Source of the DNA: an uncultured Prevotella sp.
Lineage (GTDB): Bacteria; Bacteroidota; Bacteroidia; Bacteroidales; Bacteroidaceae
Assembly: GCA_905236815.1 (NCBI GenBank)
Contig: CAJOPE010000041.1
Location: forward strand, 15,593-79,592
Length of the DNA: 64,000 nt
Direction: 5' to 3'
Within the stretch, counting starts at the first letter, position 1. Every line of letters starts with the position of its first letter. A program made the position numbers and the translations under genes. The notes under the pieces were generated by a model. It worked only from the letters and a program-made list of their open reading frames with translations, was not told the DNA's origin and ran no database searches. Positions 36,391-47,061 of the stretch are shown piece after piece.

Positions 36391-36398
36391 TACTTTTG
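36391..36398 (+). promoter_or_regulatory. internal -7 promoter box ahead of murG
   Basis: TACTTTTG; 20 nt upstream of ATG 36419, in the only sizeable gap (82 bp) of the dcw cluster. Confidence 0.5.
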
Positions 36399-36418
36399 CG
36401 AAATAAATAGTGATAGAA

Positions 36419-37534
36419 ATGGACAACGAGTTAAGAATCATCATAAGCGGTGGCGGAACAGGTGGACATATTTTCCCTGCTGTATCCATTGCAAATGCCA
36501 TTAAGGCAAAGCGCCCTGATGCCAAAATACTTTTCGTAGGTGCATTAGGAAGAATGGAAATGCAGAGAGTACCTGCTGCTGGATATGAGATTAAAGGACT
36601 TCCTATTTGTGGTTTCGACCGCAAGAATCTTTTGAAGAACATCGCTGTGCTCTTCAAGATCTGGAAGAGCCAGAGAATGGCAAAGAAAATCATTAACGAT
36701 TTTAAGCCTATGGCGGCTGTTGGTGTAGGAGGCTATGCCAGCGGACCAACTCTGAACGTTTCTGCCAGCAAGGGAATTCCTTGCTTGATTCAGGAACAGA
36801 ATTCCTATGCTGGAGTTACCAACAAACTTCTTGCAAAGAAAGCTGAGAAGATATGTGTAGCTTATGATGGCATGGATCGTTTCTTCCCTGCTGAGAAGAT
36901 TATCAAAACAGGAAATCCTGTCAGACAGAATGTCCTCGATACAAATCTGACAAAGGAAGAGGCTCGCCAGAAGTTCAACCTTGATCCAAGCAAAAAGACA
37001 ATCCTCTTTGTTGGAGGAAGCCTTGGTGCAAGAACTGTAAACGAAAGTATTAAGCAACATCTGGATATTATCAAGGAAAACAGTGATATACAGTTTATCT
37101 GGCAAACAGGTAAATATTATAATGCAGAGATGAACAAAGCGGTAAGTGACTTCGGCAAATTGGAGAATCTCATCGTTACAGATTTCATCAGCGATATGGG
37201 TGCTGCCTATAAAGCTGCCGACCTAGTTATCAGTCGTGCAGGAGCCAGCAGCATCAGTGAATTCCAGATTATTGGAAAGCCTGTAATCCTGGTTCCTAGT
37301 CCAAATGTGGCAGAAGACCATCAGACTAAGAACGCTATGGCATTGGTAAGCAAGGATGCTGCCATCTACGTAAAAGATGCAGATGCACCAACTGTATTAC
37401 TCAAGGAAGCTATAGAAACCGTTAACAATCAGGAAAAATTAAATTCTCTAAGTGAGAATATGAAGAAACTTGGCCTCAAGAACTCAGCAGACGTTATTGC
37501 AGACGAAGTTATCAAACTTGCGTTAGGCAAATAA
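36419..37534 (+). CDS. murG: undecaprenyldiphospho-muramoylpentapeptide beta-N-acetylglucosaminyltransferase
   Basis: GGTGGHIFPA motif. ATG 36419 preferred over track GTG 36410. Confidence 0.95.
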   Translation: MDNELRIIISGGGTGGHIFPAVSIANAIKAKRPDAKILFVGALGRMEMQRVPAAGYEIKGLPICGFDRKNLLKNIAVLFKIWKSQRMAKKIINDFKPMAAVGVGGYASGPTLNVSASKGIPCLIQEQNSYAGVTNKLLAKKAEKICVAYDGMDRFFPAEKIIKTGNPVRQNVLDTNLTKEEARQKFNLDPSKKTILFVGGSLGARTVNESIKQHLDIIKENSDIQFIWQTGKYYNAEMNKAVSDFGKLENLIVTDFISDMGAAYKAADLVISRAGASSISEFQIIGKPVILVPSPNVAEDHQTKNAMALVSKDAAIYVKDADAPTVLLKEAIETVNNQEKLNSLSENMKKLGLKNSADVIADEVIKLALGK

Positions 37535-37551
37535 ATGAAGAATTAAGAGAT

Positions 37552-38928
37552 ATGGAACTTAAAGATATAAAGTCAGTTTACTTTGTTGGAGCAGGTGGCA
37601 TTGGAATGAGCGCCATCGCTAGATATTTCATCAACAAAGGACTCGTAGTTGCAGGATATGACAAAACTCCTTCCGACCTTACCCACCAGTTGGAGAAAGA
37701 AGGAATGCTCATCCACTATGAAGAGAATATCGAGGAAATTCCTCACGCATGCAAGGATCCAAAATCCACTCTCGTAATCTACACGCCAGCTATTCCAGCT
37801 GACCATAAGGAACTAAGATTCTTCCAAGAGGGAGGCTTCGAGGTGCAGAAGAGAGCTCAGGTATTAGGCATCCTTACCCGCACTCATAAGGGTTTGTGCT
37901 TTGCCGGTACTCACGGAAAGACTACAACTTCAACTATGTGTGCACATATTATGCATCAGAGCCATGTCGATTGTAATGCATTCCTTGGAGGTATCTCAAA
38001 GAACTATGGCACGAATTATATCCTCTCAGACAAGAGTGACTATGTAGTTATCGAGGCTGATGAGTTCGACCGCAGTTTCCATTGGCTTCGTCCTTGGATG
38101 AGTGCCATCACAGCTACAGACCCAGACCACTTGGATATCTATGGAACCAAGGAGGCCTACCTAGAGAGTTTCCGTCACTATACAGAATTAATTCAGGAAG
38201 GTGGTGCTCTCATTCTTCACAAGAACCTGGAAATGAAACAGAATGTTCAGGAAGGCGTAAAAGTTTATGAATATAGCCGTGAGGAGGGTGACTTCCACGC
38301 AGAGAACATAAAGATTGAGAACGGAGAGATTACATTCGATTTCGTTTCTCCAATCGAGACTATCAAGGATATCGAGTTGGGCCAACCAATTCCAATCAAT
38401 ATCGAGAATAGTATTGCTGCTATGGCCATGGCACAGCTGAATGGATGTACAGCCGAGGAAATAAAATATGGAATGAAAACCTATGGCGGAGTAGATCGTC
38501 GCTTCGACTTCAAGATAAAGAACAGCAAGCACGTATTCCTCTCTGATTATGGTCATCATCCAAAAGAAGTACTTCAGAGTGCAAAGAGCTTGAAGGAACT
38601 CTTCAAGGGCAGAAAGATCACAGCTATCTTCCAGCCACACCTCTTCACACGTACAAGAGACTTCTATCAGGAGTTTGCAGATGCATTGAGCAATTTCGAT
38701 GAGGTTATTCTCACCGAGATCTATCCTGCTCGTGAGCAGCCTATTCCTGGAGTAACCAGCCAGCTCATCTACGACAACCTAAAGGAAGGTGTTGAGAAAC
38801 AGATGATTCAGAAAGACGACGTACTTGATTTCGTTAAGGGACGCGACTTCGACGTATTAGTGGTATTAGGTGCTGGTAACCTGGATAATTATGTTCCACA
38901 GATCGCAAAGATCATTGAAACAAAATAA
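37552..38928 (+). CDS. murC: UDP-N-acetylmuramate--L-alanine ligase
   Basis: GTHGKTTTS P-loop and N-terminal GAGGIGMS. Confidence 0.95.
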   Translation: MELKDIKSVYFVGAGGIGMSAIARYFINKGLVVAGYDKTPSDLTHQLEKEGMLIHYEENIEEIPHACKDPKSTLVIYTPAIPADHKELRFFQEGGFEVQKRAQVLGILTRTHKGLCFAGTHGKTTTSTMCAHIMHQSHVDCNAFLGGISKNYGTNYILSDKSDYVVIEADEFDRSFHWLRPWMSAITATDPDHLDIYGTKEAYLESFRHYTELIQEGGALILHKNLEMKQNVQEGVKVYEYSREEGDFHAENIKIENGEITFDFVSPIETIKDIELGQPIPINIENSIAAMAMAQLNGCTAEEIKYGMKTYGGVDRRFDFKIKNSKHVFLSDYGHHPKEVLQSAKSLKELFKGRKITAIFQPHLFTRTRDFYQEFADALSNFDEVILTEIYPAREQPIPGVTSQLIYDNLKEGVEKQMIQKDDVLDFVKGRDFDVLVVLGAGNLDNYVPQIAKIIETK

Positions 38929-38931
38929 TAG

Positions 38932-39732
38932 ATGCACGTTAGCTGGAAGAAAATTACCATTATCGTTCTTGACCTGGGATTAGCTGTCTACCTCGGGTTT
39001 GCCTTCACCAAGTTCAACAAGCCTGATGAAAATACAAATCTGTGCAATAAGGTGAACATCAACATCCAGGATGAAATGACCAATGGCTTCCTCGATGCAA
39101 ACGATATCAAGAGCCGACTAGAAAGCAACCAGCTCTATCCTCTGGAAAAGCCAATGAAGTATGTGAATACTCGAAAGATTGAGGAAATGCTGAAAAGTAG
39201 TGCCTTCGTGAAGACGGCAGAATGCTATAAAACGCAGAATGGTCAGGTTTACATTACATTAACACAACGTATGCCTGTAGTGAGAATCAAAAGCATCAAT
39301 GGCGAAGACTATTATGTGGACGATCACAACCAAGTGATGCCAAAGACGAGCTACACCAGCGACCTTATCATTGCAACAGGCAATATCACAAAATGGTACG
39401 CACAGAGATATCTCTCAACCTTGAGCAAGACTCTGATGAGCAACGACCTATGGAAGAACCAAATTGAACAGATAAATGTTCTTCCCGACCTTACAGTCGA
39501 ACTAGTCCCTAGAGTTGGCAATCACGTTATATGCCTAGGCAACCTGCCTATGAGTAACCGACCAAACGAAAGAGAAAAGATAATAACCGACTTCGTGAAA
39601 CTGAAGATGCAGCGTTTAGAGCTCTTCTACAAATATGGATTGTCACAAGCAGGATGGAATAAATATTCCTATATCAACTTGGAATTCGACAACCAGATTA
39701 TCTGCACAAAGCACAAGTCTGAAAACATTTAG
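38932..39732 (+). CDS. ftsQ: cell-division protein FtsQ-like
   Basis: N-terminal TM helix plus a POTRA-like region; lies between murC and ftsA. Confidence 0.72.
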   Translation: MHVSWKKITIIVLDLGLAVYLGFAFTKFNKPDENTNLCNKVNINIQDEMTNGFLDANDIKSRLESNQLYPLEKPMKYVNTRKIEEMLKSSAFVKTAECYKTQNGQVYITLTQRMPVVRIKSINGEDYYVDDHNQVMPKTSYTSDLIIATGNITKWYAQRYLSTLSKTLMSNDLWKNQIEQINVLPDLTVELVPRVGNHVICLGNLPMSNRPNEREKIITDFVKLKMQRLELFYKYGLSQAGWNKYSYINLEFDNQIICTKHKSENI

Positions 39733-39756
39733 AACAGAACTGATAAAAAAAATATT

Positions 39757-41205
39757 ATGCCAAAGGAATTTATTGTAGCCATAGAACTGGGCTCTTCGAA
39801 GATGACAGGTATTGCCGGCCAGAAGAATATGGACGGTAGTATCACTGTACTTGCTGTCGTAGAGGAAGACTCTACTTCATGCATCAACAAAGGTGTTATC
39901 TACAACATCGAGAAGACAGGACAATGCCTTACGAACATTGTCACTCGACTCAAGACAATCCTTCAGCAGGACATCACAAAAGTATATGTAGGTGTTGGCG
40001 GTCAATCCATACGAAGTGTGAAGAACAAGATAACAAAGATTCTTCCTGATAACACAATCGTATCAGACGAGATGGTCAATGAACTGGCTGATGCCAACCG
40101 CAACATGAACTATCCAGATCAGGAGATTGTTATGTCAACTCCTCTAGAATGGAAGCTCGACACTCAGTTCCAGACTGACCCTGTAGGCGTTCAATGCAAA
40201 CAGTTGGAGGGAAACTTCCTCAACTTCCTTTGGCGGAAGAAGTTCTTCAACAGCATCAACACCTGCTTCGACAATGCCGGCATTCCTATCGCCGAGCTTT
40301 TCCTTGCATCACAGGCACTTGCAGAAAGCACACTTACCGAATCTGAGAAGCGTGCAGGATGTATGCTCGTTGATTTGGGTGCCGATACCACAACAGTTTC
40401 TGTTTACTATAAGAACTTCCTTCGCCATCTTGCAGTAATTCCTCTTGGCAGCAACAATATCACAAGAGACATTGCCTCTCTACAGATGGAAGAAAAGACA
40501 GCAGAGGCGATGAAGCTGAAATATGGTAGCGCTTATACCGACAACAAGGAAATTGATAATACCCTCAACTACCCTATCGATGAGGAAAGACAAGTGGAAA
40601 GCCGCAAGTTTATTGAAATCGTAGAGGCACGTATTGAGGAAATTATCGAGAATGCCTGGTTCCAAGTTCCAGGCGAATATGCAGATAAACTTCTGGGTGG
40701 AATCATCCTTACAGGTGGCGGCAGCAATATGAAGAACATTGATGTGGCTTTCCGCAACCATACACATGTTGACAAGGTTCGCGTTGCAAGTTTTGTTACT
40801 TACAATGTTACCTCAAAGGATGCAAAGATCAATTCCCACGATGGAACAATGAATACCATCCTCGGACTCCTTGCCAAGGGCGATATGAACTGTGCAGGCG
40901 AAGAACTCAGCAAAACTCTCTTCGTTGGCAACGAGGCTAAGCCTGCAGCAACTACAGCCGACCTCCATCGCACTCCACGCAATCCAAACGAGATTAAGGA
41001 CGGAGTTGTTCTCACAGCTGCCGAAAAGGCCAAAGCAGAGGAAGAGGCTCGCAGAAAGAAAGAGGAGGAAGAAGAGAAAATCCGTCAGGCCGAAGAAGAA
41101 GAAAGAAAGAGAATTGCCAAGGAAAAGAAGGAAAACAGTTTCTTCAACAAGGCATTCAGAAAGATCAAGCAGTTCGGCAAAGAAATGATTTCAGAAGACG
41201 AATAA
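39757..41205 (+). CDS. ftsA: cell-division protein FtsA
   Basis: Actin-like ATPase pattern (DLGADTTT, GGGS). E/K-rich linker and C-terminal amphipathic helix FFNKAFRKIKQF. Confidence 0.9.
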   Translation: MPKEFIVAIELGSSKMTGIAGQKNMDGSITVLAVVEEDSTSCINKGVIYNIEKTGQCLTNIVTRLKTILQQDITKVYVGVGGQSIRSVKNKITKILPDNTIVSDEMVNELADANRNMNYPDQEIVMSTPLEWKLDTQFQTDPVGVQCKQLEGNFLNFLWRKKFFNSINTCFDNAGIPIAELFLASQALAESTLTESEKRAGCMLVDLGADTTTVSVYYKNFLRHLAVIPLGSNNITRDIASLQMEEKTAEAMKLKYGSAYTDNKEIDNTLNYPIDEERQVESRKFIEIVEARIEEIIENAWFQVPGEYADKLLGGIILTGGGSNMKNIDVAFRNHTHVDKVRVASFVTYNVTSKDAKINSHDGTMNTILGLLAKGDMNCAGEELSKTLFVGNEAKPAATTADLHRTPRNPNEIKDGVVLTAAEKAKAEEEARRKKEEEEEKIRQAEEEERKRIAKEKKENSFFNKAFRKIKQFGKEMISEDE

Positions 41206-41229
41206 TAAAAACAATTAAAGAATAAGATT

Positions 41230-42549
41230 ATGCCAGATATATTAGATTTCGGTACACCGGAAAAAGAAAACAGCATTATCAAGGTGATAGGCGTTGGTGG
41301 CGGTGGTGGAAATGCCGTCAACCATATGTATCGCGAGGGTATTCACGACGTGAGTTTCGTATTATGTAATACTGATAATCAGGCATTGAACGATTCTCCT
41401 GTTCCTGTTCACCTGCAGTTAGGTAAGGAAGGATTAGGAGCAGGCAACAAGCCTGAGAAGGCACGTGAAGCCGCTGAGGAAACACTCGATGACATCAAGC
41501 ACATGTTAAGCGATGGCACTAAAATGGCTTTCATCACTGCGGGTATGGGTGGTGGTACAGGTACTGGTGCTGCTCCTGTTATCGCAAGAGTGAGTAAAGA
41601 CCTGGGTATCCTCACTGTTGGTATCGTTACAATACCTTTCCGTTTTGAGGGTGACCGAAAGATCGACCAGGCACTTGATGGCGTTGAGAAAATGTCACAG
41701 CATGTTGATGCCCTTTTGGTAATCAACAATGAACGTCTTCGTGATATCTATCCAGACCTCACCGTGCTGGATGCTTTTGGTAAAGCTGACGATACTTTGA
41801 GTGTTGCAGCAAAGAGTATCGCCGAAATTATCACTACCCACGGACTCATCAACCTCGACTTCAATGATGTAAAGACAGTATTGAAGGATGGTGGTGTAGC
41901 CATCATGAGTACAGGTTATGGCGAAGGTGAAGGTAGAGTTAAGAAGGCTATCGATGATGCCCTGAACTCACCATTGCTCAACGATAACGATATTTTCAAT
42001 TCCAAGAAGATTCTTCTCAGCATTGCCTTCACAAGCGACAAGAACAACACTCAGGGATTGATGATGGACGAAATGAATGATGTCAACGACTTCATGGCCC
42101 GCTTCGGAAGCGATTTCGAAATAAAGTGGGGTCTTGCTATCGATCCAGAACTTGGTCAGAAGGTAAAAGTTACCATTCTTGCTACAGGTTTTGGCATCGA
42201 GAATGTGGATGGAATGAACGGCCACATGAAGAAGCATACTCAGGAAGAAGCTGACAGAATTGCTCGCGAGGAGGAAAGAAGAGCAGAAAACGAGGAGCGC
42301 AGAGGAAGATACTATGGTACAATTGGAAAGAACAATCAGTACAAGCGTCATCCACACATCTTCCTTTTCCGTCCAGAGGATCTCGACAATGACAACGTGA
42401 TTATGGAAGTAGAAAACACTCCTACCTATAAACGTACACGTCAGATGCTGGATGAGATTCGTAACTTGGCCGACAACAATTTGCCAACCAAGAAGGAAGA
42501 AAAGAAAGAACCTCAAGAGCCAATCCAGGGAACAATTAGTTTCGTATAA
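41230..42549 (+). CDS. ftsZ: cell-division GTPase FtsZ
   Basis: Tubulin signature GGGTGTGAAPVIA and N-terminal VIGVGGGGGNAVN. Confidence 0.97.
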   Translation: MPDILDFGTPEKENSIIKVIGVGGGGGNAVNHMYREGIHDVSFVLCNTDNQALNDSPVPVHLQLGKEGLGAGNKPEKAREAAEETLDDIKHMLSDGTKMAFITAGMGGGTGTGAAPVIARVSKDLGILTVGIVTIPFRFEGDRKIDQALDGVEKMSQHVDALLVINNERLRDIYPDLTVLDAFGKADDTLSVAAKSIAEIITTHGLINLDFNDVKTVLKDGGVAIMSTGYGEGEGRVKKAIDDALNSPLLNDNDIFNSKKILLSIAFTSDKNNTQGLMMDEMNDVNDFMARFGSDFEIKWGLAIDPELGQKVKVTILATGFGIENVDGMNGHMKKHTQEEADRIAREEERRAENEERRGRYYGTIGKNNQYKRHPHIFLFRPEDLDNDNVIMEVENTPTYKRTRQMLDEIRNLADNNLPTKKEEKKEPQEPIQGTISFV

Positions 42550-42569
42550 TATAAAAAGGAGAATTAATA

Positions 42570-43019
42570 ATGGCACTTTTTGATCAAGTAAACGAAGACA
42601 TTAAGGCTGCAATGAAAGCCAGAGACAAGGTACGTCTCGAAACATTGCGCAACATCAAGAAAGTTTTCCTTGAGGCAAAGACTGCTCCAGGTTCTGATGG
42701 CGAACTGAATGACGATCAGGCTCTGAAGATTATTCAGAAACTTGCCAAGCAGGGCAAAGAAGCTGCCGACACTTTTGTTAAGGCTAACCGACAGGATCTT
42801 GCTGATGGTGAACTTGCTCAAGTCAAGGTACTTGAGGATTATCTTCCAAAGGCACTTTCCGCAGAAGAGATTGAGGCTATCGTTAAAGAAATCATCGCAG
42901 AAACTGGTGCTCAAGGCATGAAAGATATGGGCAAGGTTATGGGGATAGCCAGTAAGAAAATGGCAGGACAAGCAGATGGTGGCATTATTGCAGGCATCGT
43001 GAAGAAACTTCTCGCATAA
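42570..43019 (+). CDS. GatB/YqeY-domain protein
   Basis: 149 aa; YqeY-like N-terminus MALFDQVNEDIKAAMKARDK. Confidence 0.82.
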   Translation: MALFDQVNEDIKAAMKARDKVRLETLRNIKKVFLEAKTAPGSDGELNDDQALKIIQKLAKQGKEAADTFVKANRQDLADGELAQVKVLEDYLPKALSAEEIEAIVKEIIAETGAQGMKDMGKVMGIASKKMAGQADGGIIAGIVKKLLA

Positions 43020-43053
43020 ATATCAGATCTAATAAGGTCGAAACAAATAATTT

Positions 43054-43111
43054 GTCCTTCAGTCGATTTACAACTCATTTTATAGGTTGATTCGACTGAA
43101 GGACTTTTTTT
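43054..43111 (+). terminator. intrinsic terminator after yqeY
   Basis: GTCCTTCAGTCGA/TCGACTGAAGGAC 13-bp stem (long loop) followed by T7. Confidence 0.7.
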
Positions 43112-43225
43112 ATTCCATGCCAGTTGAACAAAACCTTTTCAAGCATGATTATCAACCATGCTTGACTTTTGAGGACTTCATCATACAAACATCCTGCCTA
43201 TAATCATCTCGTCTAAAAACATAGG

Positions 43226-43526
43226 AAAAACATTTTTTCAAAAAAATATTTTATCCTTCATACCAAGCATAACTTATTGATAATCAAAAGCTTCCTATGA
43301 AGGAAAAATATATGAAGATTAATTTTCAAGTTTAAAAAGAACGTTTTGTGTAATTAATGAATTCAAAATTGAAACGAATTAGGATGAAGGTCAATAACCG
43401 AAGAAAGAACTCATTAATTAGAAATGATTTTTAGAAAGCGAAAATTAACCTTCATAAGAACTATCACAATACCAACTAGTTACGTTCAATATGAAGGATA
43501 AAATATTTTTTTGAAAAAATGTTTTC
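43226..43526. repeat. nested inverted-repeat element, copy C (arms 43226-43303 and 43449-43526; 145-bp centre)
   Basis: The outer 37 nt of the left arm are identical to copy A. CCTTCATA at 43255 and 43449, TATGAAGG at 43296 and 43490, loops 33 nt. Confidence 0.9.
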
Positions 43527-43574
43527 TTAAAAGAAAACAAACTCAATAGAAAAGAATCAACCGAAAAACAATAG

Positions 43575-43606
43575 GGCCTTACTATCTTTTCAATTAAGGC
43601 CTTTTT
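43575..43606 (+). terminator. terminator-like hairpin just right of repeat element C
   Basis: GGCCTT/AAGGCC stem followed by T5. The loop contains TCAATTAAGG, the head motif of the 7422-7662 array. No upstream plus-strand gene needs it. Confidence 0.3.
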
Positions 43607-43612
43607 CGAATG

Positions 43613-43673
43613 CTAAATGCACCACTTTACCATGCAAAACAACGCACTTAGCATACCTAAGTGCGCTGTTTAT
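43613..43673. repeat. same 3 x 22-bp palindromic-unit module, locus C (inverted relative to A)
   Basis: CTAAATGCACCACTTTA (43613), CAAAACAACGCACTTAG (43635) and CTAAGTGCGCTGTTTAT (43657). The reverse complement of the first unit matches the third unit of locus A at 15 of 16 positions. Confidence 0.75.
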
Positions 43674-43705
43674 GAAGTTTACTTCAACACGATATCATAA
43701 TACTG

Positions 43706-44431
43706 TTAAACAAACAATTCTTTCAGGATTGAAAAAGACTTCAATTCAGGAAATGATGGAATATGAAGTCGGTAATAATGAATAATTACCTCGGCACATC
43801 TATTCCTCTGAATTCGAGACATCTTTAAAAGATGCATAGTGTGATAGTTCAGACGCATCAAGTTGAGAATCTCCGCCGACTCAGCTGCATCAAGAAAATC
43901 TCTGTGAACAGGAGTCATTTCCACAAATTGTCCTTCACGCAAGTCGAAGAGTTCTCCCTTAACATAATCATCTATATTCGGAAAGAAACCCAAAAAGCGG
44001 GAAAGCTGCATCATAAATATAAGGTGGAAATTAGCAATTGTCCCCTCAGCACCATCCAGCCAGGCAATACTATTCTCCATATAAGTATATAAAGGTAGAT
44101 TTTCCTGCTCCGATTTAGTGGAATAAAGAAGGAACTCAGCAACAAACATTCCGATAGATAATTTAAAAGGATCGAAAGGAATCGAGGAAAAAGGAACCGC
44201 AAGACGAACATCCTTCAGACGTTGAAGAGGAACATTCATACGAAAGTCGAACTCAATTTCCAAAATCGACAAAGGCTGAAAGAACTGTTTTTTAACTTTC
44301 GCCTTGGAAGTTTTGGGAATTGAGACAATAAAAGACACTCTTCCATGTTGTTGAGTGAAAAGATCAACAATCATCTTCGATTCACCATATTTTATGGAAT
44401 GAAGTACAATAGACCTCGTTTTTACCATCAT
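43706..44431 (-). CDS. recO: DNA repair protein RecO
   Basis: 241 aa; RecO-like N-terminal OB region (IVLHSIKYGESKMIVDLFT). Confidence 0.8.
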   Translation of the reverse strand: MMVKTRSIVLHSIKYGESKMIVDLFTQQHGRVSFIVSIPKTSKAKVKKQFFQPLSILEIEFDFRMNVPLQRLKDVRLAVPFSSIPFDPFKLSIGMFVAEFLLYSTKSEQENLPLYTYMENSIAWLDGAEGTIANFHLIFMMQLSRFLGFFPNIDDYVKGELFDLREGQFVEMTPVHRDFLDAAESAEILNLMRLNYHTMHLLKMSRIQRNRCAEVIIHYYRLHIPSFPELKSFSILKELFV

Positions 44432-44438
44432 AATGAGG

Positions 44439-44446
44439 CAAAATTA
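44439..44446 (-). promoter_or_regulatory. -7 promoter box for recO
   Basis: TAATTTTG; 7 nt upstream of ATG 44431. Confidence 0.5.
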
Positions 44447-44509
44447 CGAAAAAACGACGATTTAGCGAAAATTTTCCTCAGAAAATTTGCACAGTTAAAA
44501 TTAAAGTGC

Positions 44510-44517
44510 TAACTTTG
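44510..44517 (+). promoter_or_regulatory. -7 promoter box for tRNA-Glu (and probably rpsT)
   Basis: TAACTTTG; 21 nt upstream of the tRNA 5' end at 44539. Confidence 0.6.
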
Positions 44518-44538
44518 CACCCGCAAAAATGACCTAAC

Positions 44539-44610
44539 GGTCCCTTCGTCTATCGGTTAGGACGAGAGATTTTCATTCTCTAAAGAGCAGTTCGACTCTG
44601 CTAGGGACTA
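44539..44610 (+). tRNA. tRNA-Glu (anticodon TTC)
   Basis: Hand-folded 72-nt cloverleaf: acceptor GGTCCCT/AGGGACT, anticodon stem AGAGA/TCTCT with loop TTTTCAT, T-loop TTCGACT. Collinear with the E. coli tRNA-Glu layout. Confidence 0.92.
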
Positions 44611-44634
44611 CCAAGAAAATAAAAAGAATTAAAG

Positions 44635-44889
44635 ATGGCAAATCACAAATCATGTCTTAAGAGAATCCGTCAGGACAAGACAAAGACTGAGCATAACAAG
44701 TATTATGCTAAGACTATGCGTAATGCTGTTCGCAAATTACGCGCGATTACTGATAAGGACGAGGCTGTTAAGCTTTACCCATCAGTTCAGAAAATTTTGG
44801 ATAAGTTGGTTAAGACCAATATCATTCATGCAAACAAGGCAGCTAACTTGAAGTCTGGCTTGGCTAAGCATATCGCTCAGCTCGGCTAA
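44635..44889 (+). CDS. rpsT: 30S ribosomal protein S20
   Basis: 84 aa; [13 protein letters not shown]... basic helical protein. Confidence 0.95.
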   Translation: MANHKSCLKRIRQDKTKTEHNKYYAKTMRNAVRKLRAITDKDEAVKLYPSVQKILDKLVKTNIIHANKAANLKSGLAKHIAQLG

Positions 44890-44917
44890 TCAAGAAGCAT
44901 TTTGCTAAAGATATTTT

Positions 44918-44955
44918 AAGGCTGGAATCTTATAAGGATTTCAGCCTTATTTTTT
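44918..44955 (+). terminator. intrinsic terminator after rpsT
   Basis: 12-bp stem AAGGCTGGAATC/GATTTCAGCCTT followed by ATTTTTT. Confidence 0.8.
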
Positions 44956-45000
44956 GCGTATTTTAGCCACTAAATATTTTCGTATATCGCTTATTTTTAG

Positions 45001-45008
45001 TATCTTTG
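45001..45008 (+). promoter_or_regulatory. -7 promoter box for gyrB
   Basis: TATCTTTG; 25 nt upstream of ATG 45034. Confidence 0.65.
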
Positions 45009-45024
45009 CAGAAAATAATACTAA

Positions 45025-47004
<1,980 letters not shown>

Positions 47005-47016
47005 TTTATCACTATA

Positions 47017-47050
47017 GAGGGCGGGCTACTTTTGCCCGCCCTCGTTGTAT
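47017..47050 (+). terminator. hairpin terminator after gyrB
   Basis: GAGGGCGGGC/GCCCGCCCTC 10-bp GC stem starting 13 nt after the stop; the T-tract is weak (GTTGTATT). Confidence 0.6.
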
Positions 47051-47061
47051 TACCGAAATTC

